32,000 nucleotides of DNA from Xylanibacter ruminicola 23 (GTDB lineage Bacteria; Bacteroidota; Bacteroidia; Bacteroidales; Bacteroidaceae): assembly GCF_000025925.1 (NCBI RefSeq), contig NC_014033.1, positions 180,001 through 212,000 on the forward strand, given 5' to 3'. How positions within the stretch are numbered: the stretch's first letter is position 1; every line of letters starts with the position of its first letter. The position numbers and the translations under genes are program-made. This document shows, one piece after another, positions 16,952 to 26,053 of this stretch. Under the pieces are notes generated by a model that made no database searches, was not told where the DNA came from, and saw only the letters and a list, made by a program, of their open reading frames with translations.

Positions 16952-19900
16952 ATGAAGAAATTTCTCATCATAACTATAGCTTTGATCATGCCAATGTTCC
17001 TATTCGGACAATCCTATTCGGCACTCTGGAAACAGGTTTCAGAGGCTGAAGAGAAAGATCTGCCCAAGACCCAGTACGAGGTGCTGCAGAAGATTGTGAA
17101 GAAGGCCGAGAAGGAACAACAATACGGACAGCTGCTCAAGGCCGAACTCTATGCCGCCCAAACGATGGTGGATATCGCCCCTGATTCGCTGAAACCTGAG
17201 GTGGACCGCATTGTGGCACGCTATCAGAAGGCTACCGATAAGGTGCAGCGATTGGTTTACCAAACGGTGCTTTGGCAGATTGATAACGAGAACTATAGCA
17301 TTGATTTAGGCATCAAGAAACCCCAGCTTACCCCCGAACTGTGCCAGTTGTTGGCTGCAACCAAGGAGCGCTCGTATCAGCCTTTTGTGGTGATGGGTGC
17401 CGATGCTTCGGTGTTTGGCAACGATATGCTGAGTGTGATAGGTGCCGAGTTGGGTGAGTATCAGCAGTTGCGCGATTATTATCAGAAGACAGGCAACCAG
17501 AAGGCCGTGAGCATTATCGATGCCCATCTGGCTATCGACAGATATAATGCACTGCCTTATAACACCCCCGCTGTGGATCGTATCGCTTTTATTGATGATG
17601 CCATTGCCAAGTGGGGTAGATGGCCTGAGATTAACTATCTGCGTAATGCCAAAAAAGAGCTCACCAATCCCCAGTTCCACCTGTCGTATCCCCTCTCTGT
17701 GGTTCGTCCCATGCAGGCCCAGCAGGTGATGCTGAATGATTTACGCCATCTGTCGCAACTCACTATGACGGTGTATCCCGTACGTTGCGAAGGTGATATC
17801 GAACACTCGCCATCAAGCGAAAAGGGCTGGACTAAGATCCGCCCGTTGTTAGGAGCCCCTGTGGTTACAGAAACGAAACATTTTGCCGCTCGCCCCGATT
17901 ACGAGATTTTCGAAGATAGTATGACGCTGAAGGGTCTGCCTATAGGCATGTACCTGGTGGAGTTTAAGAGCAATCCCACTACCGAGGTGATTCGCACGCT
18001 GTATCATGTCACCAACGTCTTTACGATTGCCGAGGCCCAGCCCGATGGCAAAACACGTTACGAGGTGGTGAATGCTACGACTGGTCAGCCTATCGCCGAT
18101 GCCCATCTGCGTATCAAGGAACGTCCATATTCGGTATTTGCCTATACCGATACCGACAAGGCGGGTGCAGTGCTGTATGGTAATGGTCGTTACGAATTCT
18201 ACGGGGCTGATCGTACGGTGAATCAGACCGCTATTTTTACCGATCGCAGCATTTATCGTCCAGGTCAGACGGTACATGCTTCGGCATTGGTGTATCAGGT
18301 GGAGAAGGGCATCAAACAAACCGTTCGTGCCCATCAGACTTTAAAATTTGTGCTGCGCGATGCCAACCATAAGGTGGTGGCCGAGAAGCAGACCGAGAGC
18401 GATGCCTATGGTGTGGGGGCAGTAGATTTTACCCTACCTGCCAAGGGACTTACAGGCTTGTTTACCATCCAGGTTGAGAATGCCTCGCGGCCCATTCGTG
18501 TTGAGGAGTACAAGCGTCCCACATTCCATGTGGATTTTGCAGAATATAAGGATGCCTATAAGGCTGGCGATGTGCTTGATATCAAAGGTACAGCACTCAG
18601 CTATGCGGGTGTGCCTGTTCAGGATGCCAAGGTAGCGTATAAGGTATTGCGCCGTACCGCCCTTTGGTGGTGGTCGTACAATCGCTATTACGACGAGGGT
18701 GCTCTGGGCTACAGCAATCACGGTACCGAGATTTGTTCGGGCGAAGCTACCACCGATGCCGATGGTAACTTTGTGATAAAAATGCCACTGGAGATGCCCG
18801 AAACCAAGTACACTATGTTCTACAACTTTGTGTTGCAGGCCGATGTAACTGATATGGCTGGCGAAACGCACCAGGGACAGTTTACGTTGCCTTTGGGCAA
18901 TCGTCCAACCGCACTCAGCATCGATCTCGACGAAAAAGTGCTGGTTGAAGATAACCCCCAAGCCACATTCCATCTGCGCAATGCCGCAGGTAAGGATATC
19001 GATGCCGAAGTACGTTATCGCATTGATGGAGGCGAGTGGCAGATGGCCAGAACAAATCAGCAGATAGCATTGGCTAAGTTGGCTTCTGGTAAGCATCGTG
19101 TAGAGGCTGCGTATGAGGATCAGACCATCGATCGAACCTTCGTGGTATTCTCGCTCGATGATGAGAAACCTGCTACTGATACAGATGATTGGTTCTACCA
19201 GTCGGCTACCCAGTTTCCTAACGACGGCACGCCTGTTACCATCCAGGTGGGTAGCTCGGATCAGAATGTGCATATCTTCTATAGCATCTTCTCGGGGCAT
19301 AAGCTGATAGAGCAGGGGAGTGTGGATAAGAGTAACGAGCTGATAAACCGTAAGTTTACCTATCAGGATGAGTACGAAAACGGCTTGCTGCTTACCTTTG
19401 CTTGGGTAAAGAATGGCAAGTGTTATACCCATACCGCCCAGATACAGCGCCCTATGCCCAATAAGAAATTGACGCTGGAGTGGGCCACCTTCCGCGATCG
19501 TCTGACACCAGGACAGAAGGAAGAGTGGACACTGACCATCAAGGATTGTGAAGGCAACCCTGTTGACGCTAACTTGATGGCTACACTCTACGATCAGAGT
19601 CTGGATCAGTTGGCTAAGCATCAGTGGAATTTCCGTCCTTATCAGTGGATAGCAATGCCTTCGGTAAATTGGCAGTATGTTTCGCCCCGTAGCTTTGGCC
19701 GATTTGCATCGCACGATTGGAAGGGCTTTAGCTTTGACGGGATAGGTTTCAGCTTGTTTGATCACAATGTTTATCCCCAGGCATTCTATCGCCACTCGTT
19801 CCGCGGTGTTAAGACTTTGAGTCGTGGCCATGTGGGTGATGATATGATATTAGAAGTGGCCGAAGCCGCTCCTATGGCTGCCGATATGAAGATGATGAAG

Positions 19901-22252
19901 CAGAGCACCGATTCGGGGATCGCTTATGCCGCTAATGGTGCCGAAGAGGCTGCTAATGAAGAGCAGACTGCAGCATCAGATGTGCAGGTACGCGAAAATC
20001 TCAATGAAACCGCTTTCTTCTATCCCCAGCTTACTACCGATGCCAATGGTCGCGTGGCTATCAAGTTTACTTTGCCAGAGAGTTTGACTACCTGGCAGAT
20101 GTTAGGCTTTGCGCACACGCGCGATTTACATTATGGTAACATTGCGGGTGAGGCTGTGGCTAAGAAGGATGTGATGATACAGCCTAACGTGCCTCGCTTT
20201 ATCCGCGAGGGCGATAAGGCCACCATCTCTGCCCGTATCTTTAGCGAGAAACAGGCACAAGGCAAGGTAACCCTGCAGCTCATCAATGCCGAGACTAACG
20301 CCATCGTCTACGAAAAGTCGCAGCAAGTATCGCTCGCCGCAGGTTCTACAACCCCCGTCGAGTTTGAATGGTCAATGGTCCATGGTCCGCTCGGCTTTGC
20401 CGCTTGGCACGTCCAAGAATGTTCAATGTTGATCGTCAAAATGACGATCAGCGGTAAAGGCTTCAGCGATGGTGAGCAGCATTATCTGCCTGTATTGCCA
20501 GCTACCGAGCGAGTTACTGTTTCGCTGCCTATCACCCAGCACCAGCCTGGTACTGCTACCATCGATTTGAACAAGTTGGTTCCTGCTGATGCTAAGAACA
20601 CCAAACTTACACTCGAATATACCAACAATCCCGTTTGGCTCATGGTGCAGGCTCTGCCAGCAGTAGGCTCGCCCAGCGACGATAACGCCATCTCACTGGC
20701 CGCCTCGTTCTATGCCAACGGACTGGGACGATATATCATCAATCAGAATCCACAGATCAAGAACGTGTTCGAGCTCTGGAAGCAGGAGCCTAACGAGGCC
20801 TCGCTCACCTCTCAACTGGAAAAGAATGAGGATTTGAAGAATCTTGTTCTGAACGAAACTCCTTGGGTGCTGGATGCCGACAACGAGACTGAACAGAAGC
20901 ATCGCTTGGTTGACTTCTTCGACGAGAATCTGATGAACAACCGTCTTTCTACCACCGTCGAGAAGTTGCAGAAACTGCAGAACGCTGAGGGTGCGTGGAC
21001 CTGGTTCCCGGGCATGCCAAGCTCGTTCTATACCACTGTAGCTGTAAGCGAAATGCTGGTACGCCTGAATTCCCTCACCCAGAAGCAGAGTTCTACCAGC
21101 ACCATGCTGAATAAGGCCTTTGGCTATATGGGCAACGAGATAAAAGATCTGGTAAAGGAACTGAAGAAAGCCGAGAAGAAGGGCGAGGTTTACTTCCCAA
21201 GTTATAAGGCGCTACAGTGGCTGTATCTGGTAACCCTTGATGATCGCCAGTTGCCAGCCGATGTTCAGCAGGCCAACAGCTATCTCATCGAGCTACTTAA
21301 AAAAGATATCAAGCGTCAGAGCATTTACGATAAGGCCCTTGCAGCAGTCATCTTTGCCAAGGTTGATGCCAAGCGTGCTCAGGAATATGCCCAGTCGCTC
21401 AAGGAGTACACCGTTTACCGCGAGGATATGGGACGCTATTACGATACCCCACGTGCAGGTTACTCTTGGTTTGATTATAAGATTCCAACCCAGAGTATCG
21501 CCATCGAGGCCCTGCAGCAGTTAACTCCTGATGATGTGCAGACTATCGATGAGATGCAGCGCTGGTTGCTGCAGCAAAAGCGCACCCAGGCTTGGGATAC
21601 ACCTATCAACAGCGTGAATGCCGTTTATGCCTTCCTGAAAGGTCAGGAGAGCCGTTTGGCACAAAGCTCAAACATGCCTGCTGTCCGTATCGATGCCCGC
21701 ACCGTTGCGCTGCCCAAGGCAACAGCAGCTATCGGCTATGTAAAGACCGAATTGCCAAAGGGTAAGCAACTCACCATCCGCAAAATCACCGATGGAACCT
21801 CATGGGGTGCCGTTTATGCCCAGTATTTCCAGCCCGCCAAGCAGGTTGAGAATAGCGGCAGTGGTCTCACCATCAAGCGCGAGTTCTTGAAAAATAATTG
21901 TCAATTGTCAACTGTCAATTATCAATTCACGGTCGGAGACCGTATCCGCGTCCGCCTTACCATCACTGCCGATCGCGATTACGATTTTGTGCAGGTGGTT
22001 GATAAGCGTGCGGCTTGCATGGAGCCCGTTAAGCCGTTGAGTGGTTATCATGCGGGTGCTTATATCACACCTCGCGATAATGCCACATGCTACTTCTTCG
22101 GCATGCTGTCGAAGGGTACCCATGTGATCGAAACCGAGTATTATATCGATCGAGCCGGAACCTACGAAACAGGTACCGCCACCGTAGAGTGTGCCTATGC
22201 ACCCGAGTTCCGCGCCGTTACTCACTCGGAAACATTAAAGATTAAACATTAA
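16952..22252 (+). CDS. Bacterial alpha-2-macroglobulin family protein (MG-domain rich, 1766 aa), thioester-less type
   Basis: Signal peptide MKKFLIITIALIMPMFLFGQ at the internal ATG 16952; the track ORF from 16823 overlaps the divergent promoter region. Size and conserved blocks (GFSDGEQHYLPVLP, DYDFVQVVDKRAACMEP) fit the family. No C-x-E-Q thioester motif occurs anywhere in the translation. Confidence 0.88.
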   Translation: MKKFLIITIALIMPMFLFGQSYSALWKQVSEAEEKDLPKTQYEVLQKIVKKAEKEQQYGQLLKAELYAAQTMVDIAPDSLKPEVDRIVARYQKATDKVQRLVYQTVLWQIDNENYSIDLGIKKPQLTPELCQLLAATKERSYQPFVVMGADASVFGNDMLSVIGAELGEYQQLRDYYQKTGNQKAVSIIDAHLAIDRYNALPYNTPAVDRIAFIDDAIAKWGRWPEINYLRNAKKELTNPQFHLSYPLSVVRPMQAQQVMLNDLRHLSQLTMTVYPVRCEGDIEHSPSSEKGWTKIRPLLGAPVVTETKHFAARPDYEIFEDSMTLKGLPIGMYLVEFKSNPTTEVIRTLYHVTNVFTIAEAQPDGKTRYEVVNATTGQPIADAHLRIKERPYSVFAYTDTDKAGAVLYGNGRYEFYGADRTVNQTAIFTDRSIYRPGQTVHASALVYQVEKGIKQTVRAHQTLKFVLRDANHKVVAEKQTESDAYGVGAVDFTLPAKGLTGLFTIQVENASRPIRVEEYKRPTFHVDFAEYKDAYKAGDVLDIKGTALSYAGVPVQDAKVAYKVLRRTALWWWSYNRYYDEGALGYSNHGTEICSGEATTDADGNFVIKMPLEMPETKYTMFYNFVLQADVTDMAGETHQGQFTLPLGNRPTALSIDLDEKVLVEDNPQATFHLRNAAGKDIDAEVRYRIDGGEWQMARTNQQIALAKLASGKHRVEAAYEDQTIDRTFVVFSLDDEKPATDTDDWFYQSATQFPNDGTPVTIQVGSSDQNVHIFYSIFSGHKLIEQGSVDKSNELINRKFTYQDEYENGLLLTFAWVKNGKCYTHTAQIQRPMPNKKLTLEWATFRDRLTPGQKEEWTLTIKDCEGNPVDANLMATLYDQSLDQLAKHQWNFRPYQWIAMPSVNWQYVSPRSFGRFASHDWKGFSFDGIGFSLFDHNVYPQAFYRHSFRGVKTLSRGHVGDDMILEVAEAAPMAADMKMMKQSTDSGIAYAANGAEEAANEEQTAASDVQVRENLNETAFFYPQLTTDANGRVAIKFTLPESLTTWQMLGFAHTRDLHYGNIAGEAVAKKDVMIQPNVPRFIREGDKATISARIFSEKQAQGKVTLQLINAETNAIVYEKSQQVSLAAGSTTPVEFEWSMVHGPLGFAAWHVQECSMLIVKMTISGKGFSDGEQHYLPVLPATERVTVSLPITQHQPGTATIDLNKLVPADAKNTKLTLEYTNNPVWLMVQALPAVGSPSDDNAISLAASFYANGLGRYIINQNPQIKNVFELWKQEPNEASLTSQLEKNEDLKNLVLNETPWVLDADNETEQKHRLVDFFDENLMNNRLSTTVEKLQKLQNAEGAWTWFPGMPSSFYTTVAVSEMLVRLNSLTQKQSSTSTMLNKAFGYMGNEIKDLVKELKKAEKKGEVYFPSYKALQWLYLVTLDDRQLPADVQQANSYLIELLKKDIKRQSIYDKALAAVIFAKVDAKRAQEYAQSLKEYTVYREDMGRYYDTPRAGYSWFDYKIPTQSIAIEALQQLTPDDVQTIDEMQRWLLQQKRTQAWDTPINSVNAVYAFLKGQESRLAQSSNMPAVRIDARTVALPKATAAIGYVKTELPKGKQLTIRKITDGTSWGAVYAQYFQPAKQVENSGSGLTIKREFLKNNCQLSTVNYQFTVGDRIRVRLTITADRDYDFVQVVDKRAACMEPVKPLSGYHAGAYITPRDNATCYFFGMLSKGTHVIETEYYIDRAGTYETGTATVECAYAPEFRAVTHSETLKIKH

Positions 22253-22265
22253 ATATTATAATATT
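22230..22265. repeat. Heptad array AAACATT AAAGATT AAACATT AAATATT ATAATATT
   Basis: Overlaps the last codons and the stop (22250-22252) of the A2M gene and fills the spacer up to the DUF1573 ATG at 22267. Confidence 0.85.
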
Positions 22266-22266
22266 G

Positions 22267-23337
22267 ATGAAGAAATTAACAGTAATACTACTCTCAATTC
22301 TCGCTTCTCAGCTTTCGCCTCTCCAGGTGAATGCACAGCGTCTTACCGTAAAAACAACCACCATCGATGTGGGTGCTACGGGCTACGAACAGCCTGTTAC
22401 AGCCACCTTCGAGATGCGTAACAAGGGTTTGCGCCGATTGGTTATTCAGAGTGTGAAACCCGATTGTGGTTGCACCAAAATAGAATATCCCAAAGAGGTG
22501 GGTATTGGCGAGCGATTCACTATTAAGATGACTTACGATGCCCGTATGTTAGGTCACTTCCAGAAGATGTGTCTGGTAAAGAGTAATGCTTCAAAAAAGC
22601 CGTTCTACCTTACCATGACGGGTGTGGTTAAGAGTGATTTCAGAGATTACTCGGGTGAGTATCCTATCGAGATGGGCGACCTGCTGTTGGATAAGGCCGT
22701 GCTTGAGTTCGATGATGTGAACAAGGGCGATGTGCCTGAGCAGGAGATTCACATCCTGAATAACGGAAAGAAGGCCATGCGTCCTAACCTGATGCACCTG
22801 CCTCCTTATCTCACCGCTATCACCAGTCCCGACCATCTGTTACCTGGTCGTGCGGCTACCATCAGCGTGAAGTTGCTCTCAGAGAAACTGCGTGATTATG
22901 GCTTGACCAAGACCACTCTTTATATGGCCCATAACCCAGGCGATAAGGTTCGTCAGGATTTCGCCATCGATGTGGCTACCGTACTGTTGCCCGATATGAA
23001 GCAGTTCGAGAAAGAGAATAAGGAACTGGCACCACAGTTGCAGATGTCGGCTACCGATGTGGATTTTACCGACTTTGGCGGCAAGACCAAGAAAACGGCT
23101 ACTGTTACGTTGCAGAATACAGGTGTTTCGCCCTTGAAGATTACCTCGCTCCAGCTCTTTACGGCTGGCTTGAAGGTTACCCTCTCGAAGAGTGAGATTG
23201 CCCCAGGTCAGAGTGCTAACTTAAAGATTACGGGTATTGCCGAAGAGCTCCAGAAGCTTCGTACACGTCCCCGTATCCTGATGATTACCAACGATCCCGA
23301 CCACGCCAAAGTGGTGGTCAACATCAAGTTGCAGTAA
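22267..23337 (+). CDS. DUF1573 domain-containing secreted protein (tandem Ig-like/PapD-like repeats)
   Basis: Signal peptide, and the DUF1573 hallmark VKPDCGCTKIEYPKE near the N-terminus. ATG at 22267 (TTG at 22264 in the track). Confidence 0.8.
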   Translation: MKKLTVILLSILASQLSPLQVNAQRLTVKTTTIDVGATGYEQPVTATFEMRNKGLRRLVIQSVKPDCGCTKIEYPKEVGIGERFTIKMTYDARMLGHFQKMCLVKSNASKKPFYLTMTGVVKSDFRDYSGEYPIEMGDLLLDKAVLEFDDVNKGDVPEQEIHILNNGKKAMRPNLMHLPPYLTAITSPDHLLPGRAATISVKLLSEKLRDYGLTKTTLYMAHNPGDKVRQDFAIDVATVLLPDMKQFEKENKELAPQLQMSATDVDFTDFGGKTKKTATVTLQNTGVSPLKITSLQLFTAGLKVTLSKSEIAPGQSANLKITGIAEELQKLRTRPRILMITNDPDHAKVVVNIKLQ

Positions 23338-23340
23338 AAA

Positions 23341-23368
23341 GAATGTTCAATCTTCAATGTTCAATGTC
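23341..23368. repeat. Heptad array GAATGTTC AATCTTC AATGTTC AATGTC
   Basis: Fills the spacer between the DUF1573 stop (23337) and the meaB ATG (23371). Confidence 0.85.
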
Positions 23369-23370
23369 AT

Positions 23371-24471
23371 ATGGAACATCCCGAAAATAGCTCAGAATAT
23401 GCAGGCTTGCAGGTAAACAGTGGGGTAGAGCAACCCTCTATCGTTAACCCCTACCTCAAGCGTGGTCGTTTCCGTCGTCACGAACTCTCTGTAGGTGAGA
23501 TGGTAGAAGGCATCCTCAAGGGCGATGTCACCATCCTCTCGCAGGCTGTTACGCTGATTGAGAGTGTGAATCCCGACCATCAGGCCCGTGCTCAGGAGGT
23601 GATCAACAAGTGCTTGCCTTATAGTGGCAATTCCATCCGCATTGGTATCAGTGGTGTACCAGGTGCAGGTAAAAGTACCTCGATCGACGAGTTCGGTATG
23701 CACGTACTCAAGGAGAAGGGTGGAAAGCTGGCTGTGCTGGCCATCGACCCTAGTAGTGAGCGCACCAAGGGCTCGATTCTGGGCGATAAAACACGTATGG
23801 AAAAGTTGGCACAACATCCGTCGTCGTTCATACGTCCTAGCCCATCAGCTGGCTCGTTGGGAGGTGTGGCCCGCAAGACTCGCGAGACGATTATTCTGTG
23901 CGAGGCCGCTGGTTTCGATAAGATATTTGTTGAGACCGTGGGTGTTGGTCAGAGCGAAACAGCCTGCCACTCGATGGTAGATTTCTTCCTGCTCATTCAG
24001 GTGGCTGGTACCGGCGACGAGTTGCAGGGTATTAAGCGCGGCATTATGGAGATAAGCGATGGCATCGTGATTAATAAGTGCGATGGCGATAATGTGGATC
24101 GTTGCCAGATGGCGGCTACCAATTTCCGTAATGCCCTCCACTTCTTCCCCATGCCCGATAGCGGTTGGAGTCCTAAGGTGCTATGCTACAGTGGATTCTA
24201 CGGTACAGGCGTAAAAGAGATATTCGACATGATTTACGAGTATATCGATTTTGTAAAGGCCAACGGCTATTTTGCCTATCGTCGCAATGAGCAGGCTAAA
24301 TACTGGATGTACGAGAGCATCAACGAGCATCTGCGACTCAACTTCTACAACAATCCCGCCATCCAGGCTCAGTTGGGCACCGCCGAAACTGCTGTTCTCG
24401 CAGGTCAGAAAACATCGTTCGTAGCTGCTCAGGATCTTCTCGACGAATATTTCTCTTTGCTCAAAAAATAA
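23371..24471 (+). CDS. meaB: Methylmalonyl-CoA mutase-associated GTPase MeaB (ArgK family)
   Basis: P-loop GISGVPGAGKST, LAIDPSS, GDKTRM and the NKCD specificity motif. 366 aa. Confidence 0.92.
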   Translation: MEHPENSSEYAGLQVNSGVEQPSIVNPYLKRGRFRRHELSVGEMVEGILKGDVTILSQAVTLIESVNPDHQARAQEVINKCLPYSGNSIRIGISGVPGAGKSTSIDEFGMHVLKEKGGKLAVLAIDPSSERTKGSILGDKTRMEKLAQHPSSFIRPSPSAGSLGGVARKTRETIILCEAAGFDKIFVETVGVGQSETACHSMVDFFLLIQVAGTGDELQGIKRGIMEISDGIVINKCDGDNVDRCQMAATNFRNALHFFPMPDSGWSPKVLCYSGFYGTGVKEIFDMIYEYIDFVKANGYFAYRRNEQAKYWMYESINEHLRLNFYNNPAIQAQLGTAETAVLAGQKTSFVAAQDLLDEYFSLLKK

Positions 24472-24511
24472 TGTTTAATCTTTAATGTTTAATGTTTAAT
24501 ATTTAATCATT
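24470..24511. repeat. Six-unit heptad array AATGTTT AATCTTT AATGTTT AATGTTT AATATTT AATCATT
   Basis: Begins inside the meaB stop codon (24469-24471) and ends 1 nt before the ispH ATG (24513). Confidence 0.9.
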
Positions 24512-24512
24512 C

Positions 24513-25388
24513 ATGATTATCGAAATAGATAACGGCAGTGGTTTCTGCTTCGGAGTTACCACCGCTATCAAAAAAGCCGAAGAAGAGCTCGCTCAGGGCG
24601 AAACACTCTATTGTTTAGGTGATATTGTACACAACGGTATGGAGTGCGAACGCCTGCGCGAGATGGGACTCATTACCATTAATCACGACCAGATGCGCGA
24701 ACTGCACAACGCCAAAGTGTTGCTGCGTGCCCATGGCGAGCCTCCCGAAACCTACGAACTGGCCCGCAAAAACAATATCGAGATTATCGATGCTACCTGC
24801 CCTGTGGTGCTGAAACTGCAGAAGCGTATCAAGGAGCAGTACGAAACCTCGCCCAATCTTCCCGAAGGTGAGGAGGCACAGATTGTGATTTTTGGTAAGA
24901 AAGGTCATGCCGAAGTGCTTGGTCTGGTGGGTCAGACTCATAGTAGTGCGATTGTGATTGAGAGTAGCGACGAGGTGACTAAGCTTGATTTTACCCGCGA
25001 TATCTACCTGTATTCGCAGACCACGAAATCGCTCGACGAGTTCCGTCGCATCATCGATTATATCCAGACGCATATCTCGCCCAACGCCACGTTTAAGAGT
25101 TTCGATACCATCTGTCGTTCGGTAGCCAACCGCATGCCCAATATCTCGCAGTTTGCCACCAAGCACGATCTGGTACTCTTTGTGTGTGGCCGAAAGAGTT
25201 CAAACGGCAAGGTGCTTTACAACGAGTGCCTGCGTGTAAACCCCAATACCCACCTGATTGAGGACCCACAGGAGATTGAGCCCGAGTGGTTGAAGGGTAT
25301 CGAGAGTGTAGGTATTTGTGGTGCCACCAGCACGCCCCGTTGGTTGATGGAGCAGTGCCGCGACGCCATTCAGAATATGCAGCAATGA
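24513..25388 (+). CDS. ispH: 4-hydroxy-3-methylbut-2-enyl diphosphate reductase
   Basis: GFCFGV (first Fe-S Cys), ATCPVV (second Cys), a third Cys in DTIC, and the SSNG motif. 291 aa. Confidence 0.93.
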   Translation: MIIEIDNGSGFCFGVTTAIKKAEEELAQGETLYCLGDIVHNGMECERLREMGLITINHDQMRELHNAKVLLRAHGEPPETYELARKNNIEIIDATCPVVLKLQKRIKEQYETSPNLPEGEEAQIVIFGKKGHAEVLGLVGQTHSSAIVIESSDEVTKLDFTRDIYLYSQTTKSLDEFRRIIDYIQTHISPNATFKSFDTICRSVANRMPNISQFATKHDLVLFVCGRKSSNGKVLYNECLRVNPNTHLIEDPQEIEPEWLKGIESVGICGATSTPRWLMEQCRDAIQNMQQ

Positions 25389-26053
25389 TACAGGTAAGTG
25401 TGTCTTCCGAAATATCCAGCGTGTGCCCCAATTTTGTGGGGGCATGCGTTGAGGCTCAGGTGGTAAATACGCCTTATAGCGACCGTTTGTGGCATGCTAT
25501 CCACGAGGTTGAGGAACGTTTGCGCCAAGAGCTTACTACCGAAAGCGTAAAGTCGTTGCCATCTATCGCCGCCACACGTGCGGTATATAAGTTATGTGGC
25601 AAGGATCCCTCACGCTATCGTCCTGCCTCTGAGCAGCTTATCCGTCGAATGCTACAGGGAAAGGAGCTTTACCAGATTGATACGTTGGTAGATCTGGTAA
25701 ACCTGGCTTCGATTGCCTATGGTTACAGCATTGGTGGATTTGATGCCGATAAGTTTGTGGGGCCCGAACTGGTGCTAGGTGTTGGTAAAGAGGGTGAGCC
25801 CTACGAGGGTATCGGTCGCGGTCCGTTAAACATTGCCGGACTGCCCGTTTATCGAGATGCCCAAGGTGGTGTAGGTACGCCTACTAGCGACCATGAGCGC
25901 ACCAAAATGACGCTCGGGACTACCCATCTCGTTGTGCTCATCAACGGCTACGATGGTAACGAAGAACGTGTTCGTGCCAATGCCGAATACATTCAGAAAC
26001 TCCTTATCGATTACGCCCAGAGCGATGGCGGAACTATTACGCTATATAGATAA
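25385..26053 (+). CDS. B3/B4 domain-containing protein (Phe-tRNA synthetase beta B3/B4-like)
   Basis: ATGA start/stop overlap with ispH (ATG 25385-25387, TGA 25386-25388). 222 aa with family-like blocks (RPASEQLIRR, DTLVDLVNL, GGFDADK). The track ORF from 25286 lies inside ispH. Confidence 0.75.
   Translation: MIQVSVSSEISSVCPNFVGACVEAQVVNTPYSDRLWHAIHEVEERLRQELTTESVKSLPSIAATRAVYKLCGKDPSRYRPASEQLIRRMLQGKELYQIDTLVDLVNLASIAYGYSIGGFDADKFVGPELVLGVGKEGEPYEGIGRGPLNIAGLPVYRDAQGGVGTPTSDHERTKMTLGTTHLVVLINGYDGNEERVRANAEYIQKLLIDYAQSDGGTITLYR

Noticed and set aside
18434-19831. 465-aa ORF on the minus strand, entirely inside the alpha-2-macroglobulin gene
   Set aside because: It is antisense to a CDS with strong family-level similarity. 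Its translation is low-complexity (rich in L, I, R, Q and G), with no motif, no promoter box and no plausible start context. This is a typical shadow ORF created by the codon bias of the sense gene.
24470-24511. Whether the tandem short-repeat arrays (5447-5506, 12028-12056, 22230-22265, 23341-23368, 24470-24511) could be CRISPR arrays
   Set aside because: The units are 7-8 nt and directly abutting, with no 25-40-nt repeats, no unique spacers, and no cas genes in the window.
24615-25445. Minus-strand ORFs of 81-183 aa antisense to ispH and the B3/B4 gene
   Set aside because: They are shadow ORFs opposite well-supported CDSs, with no independent evidence.
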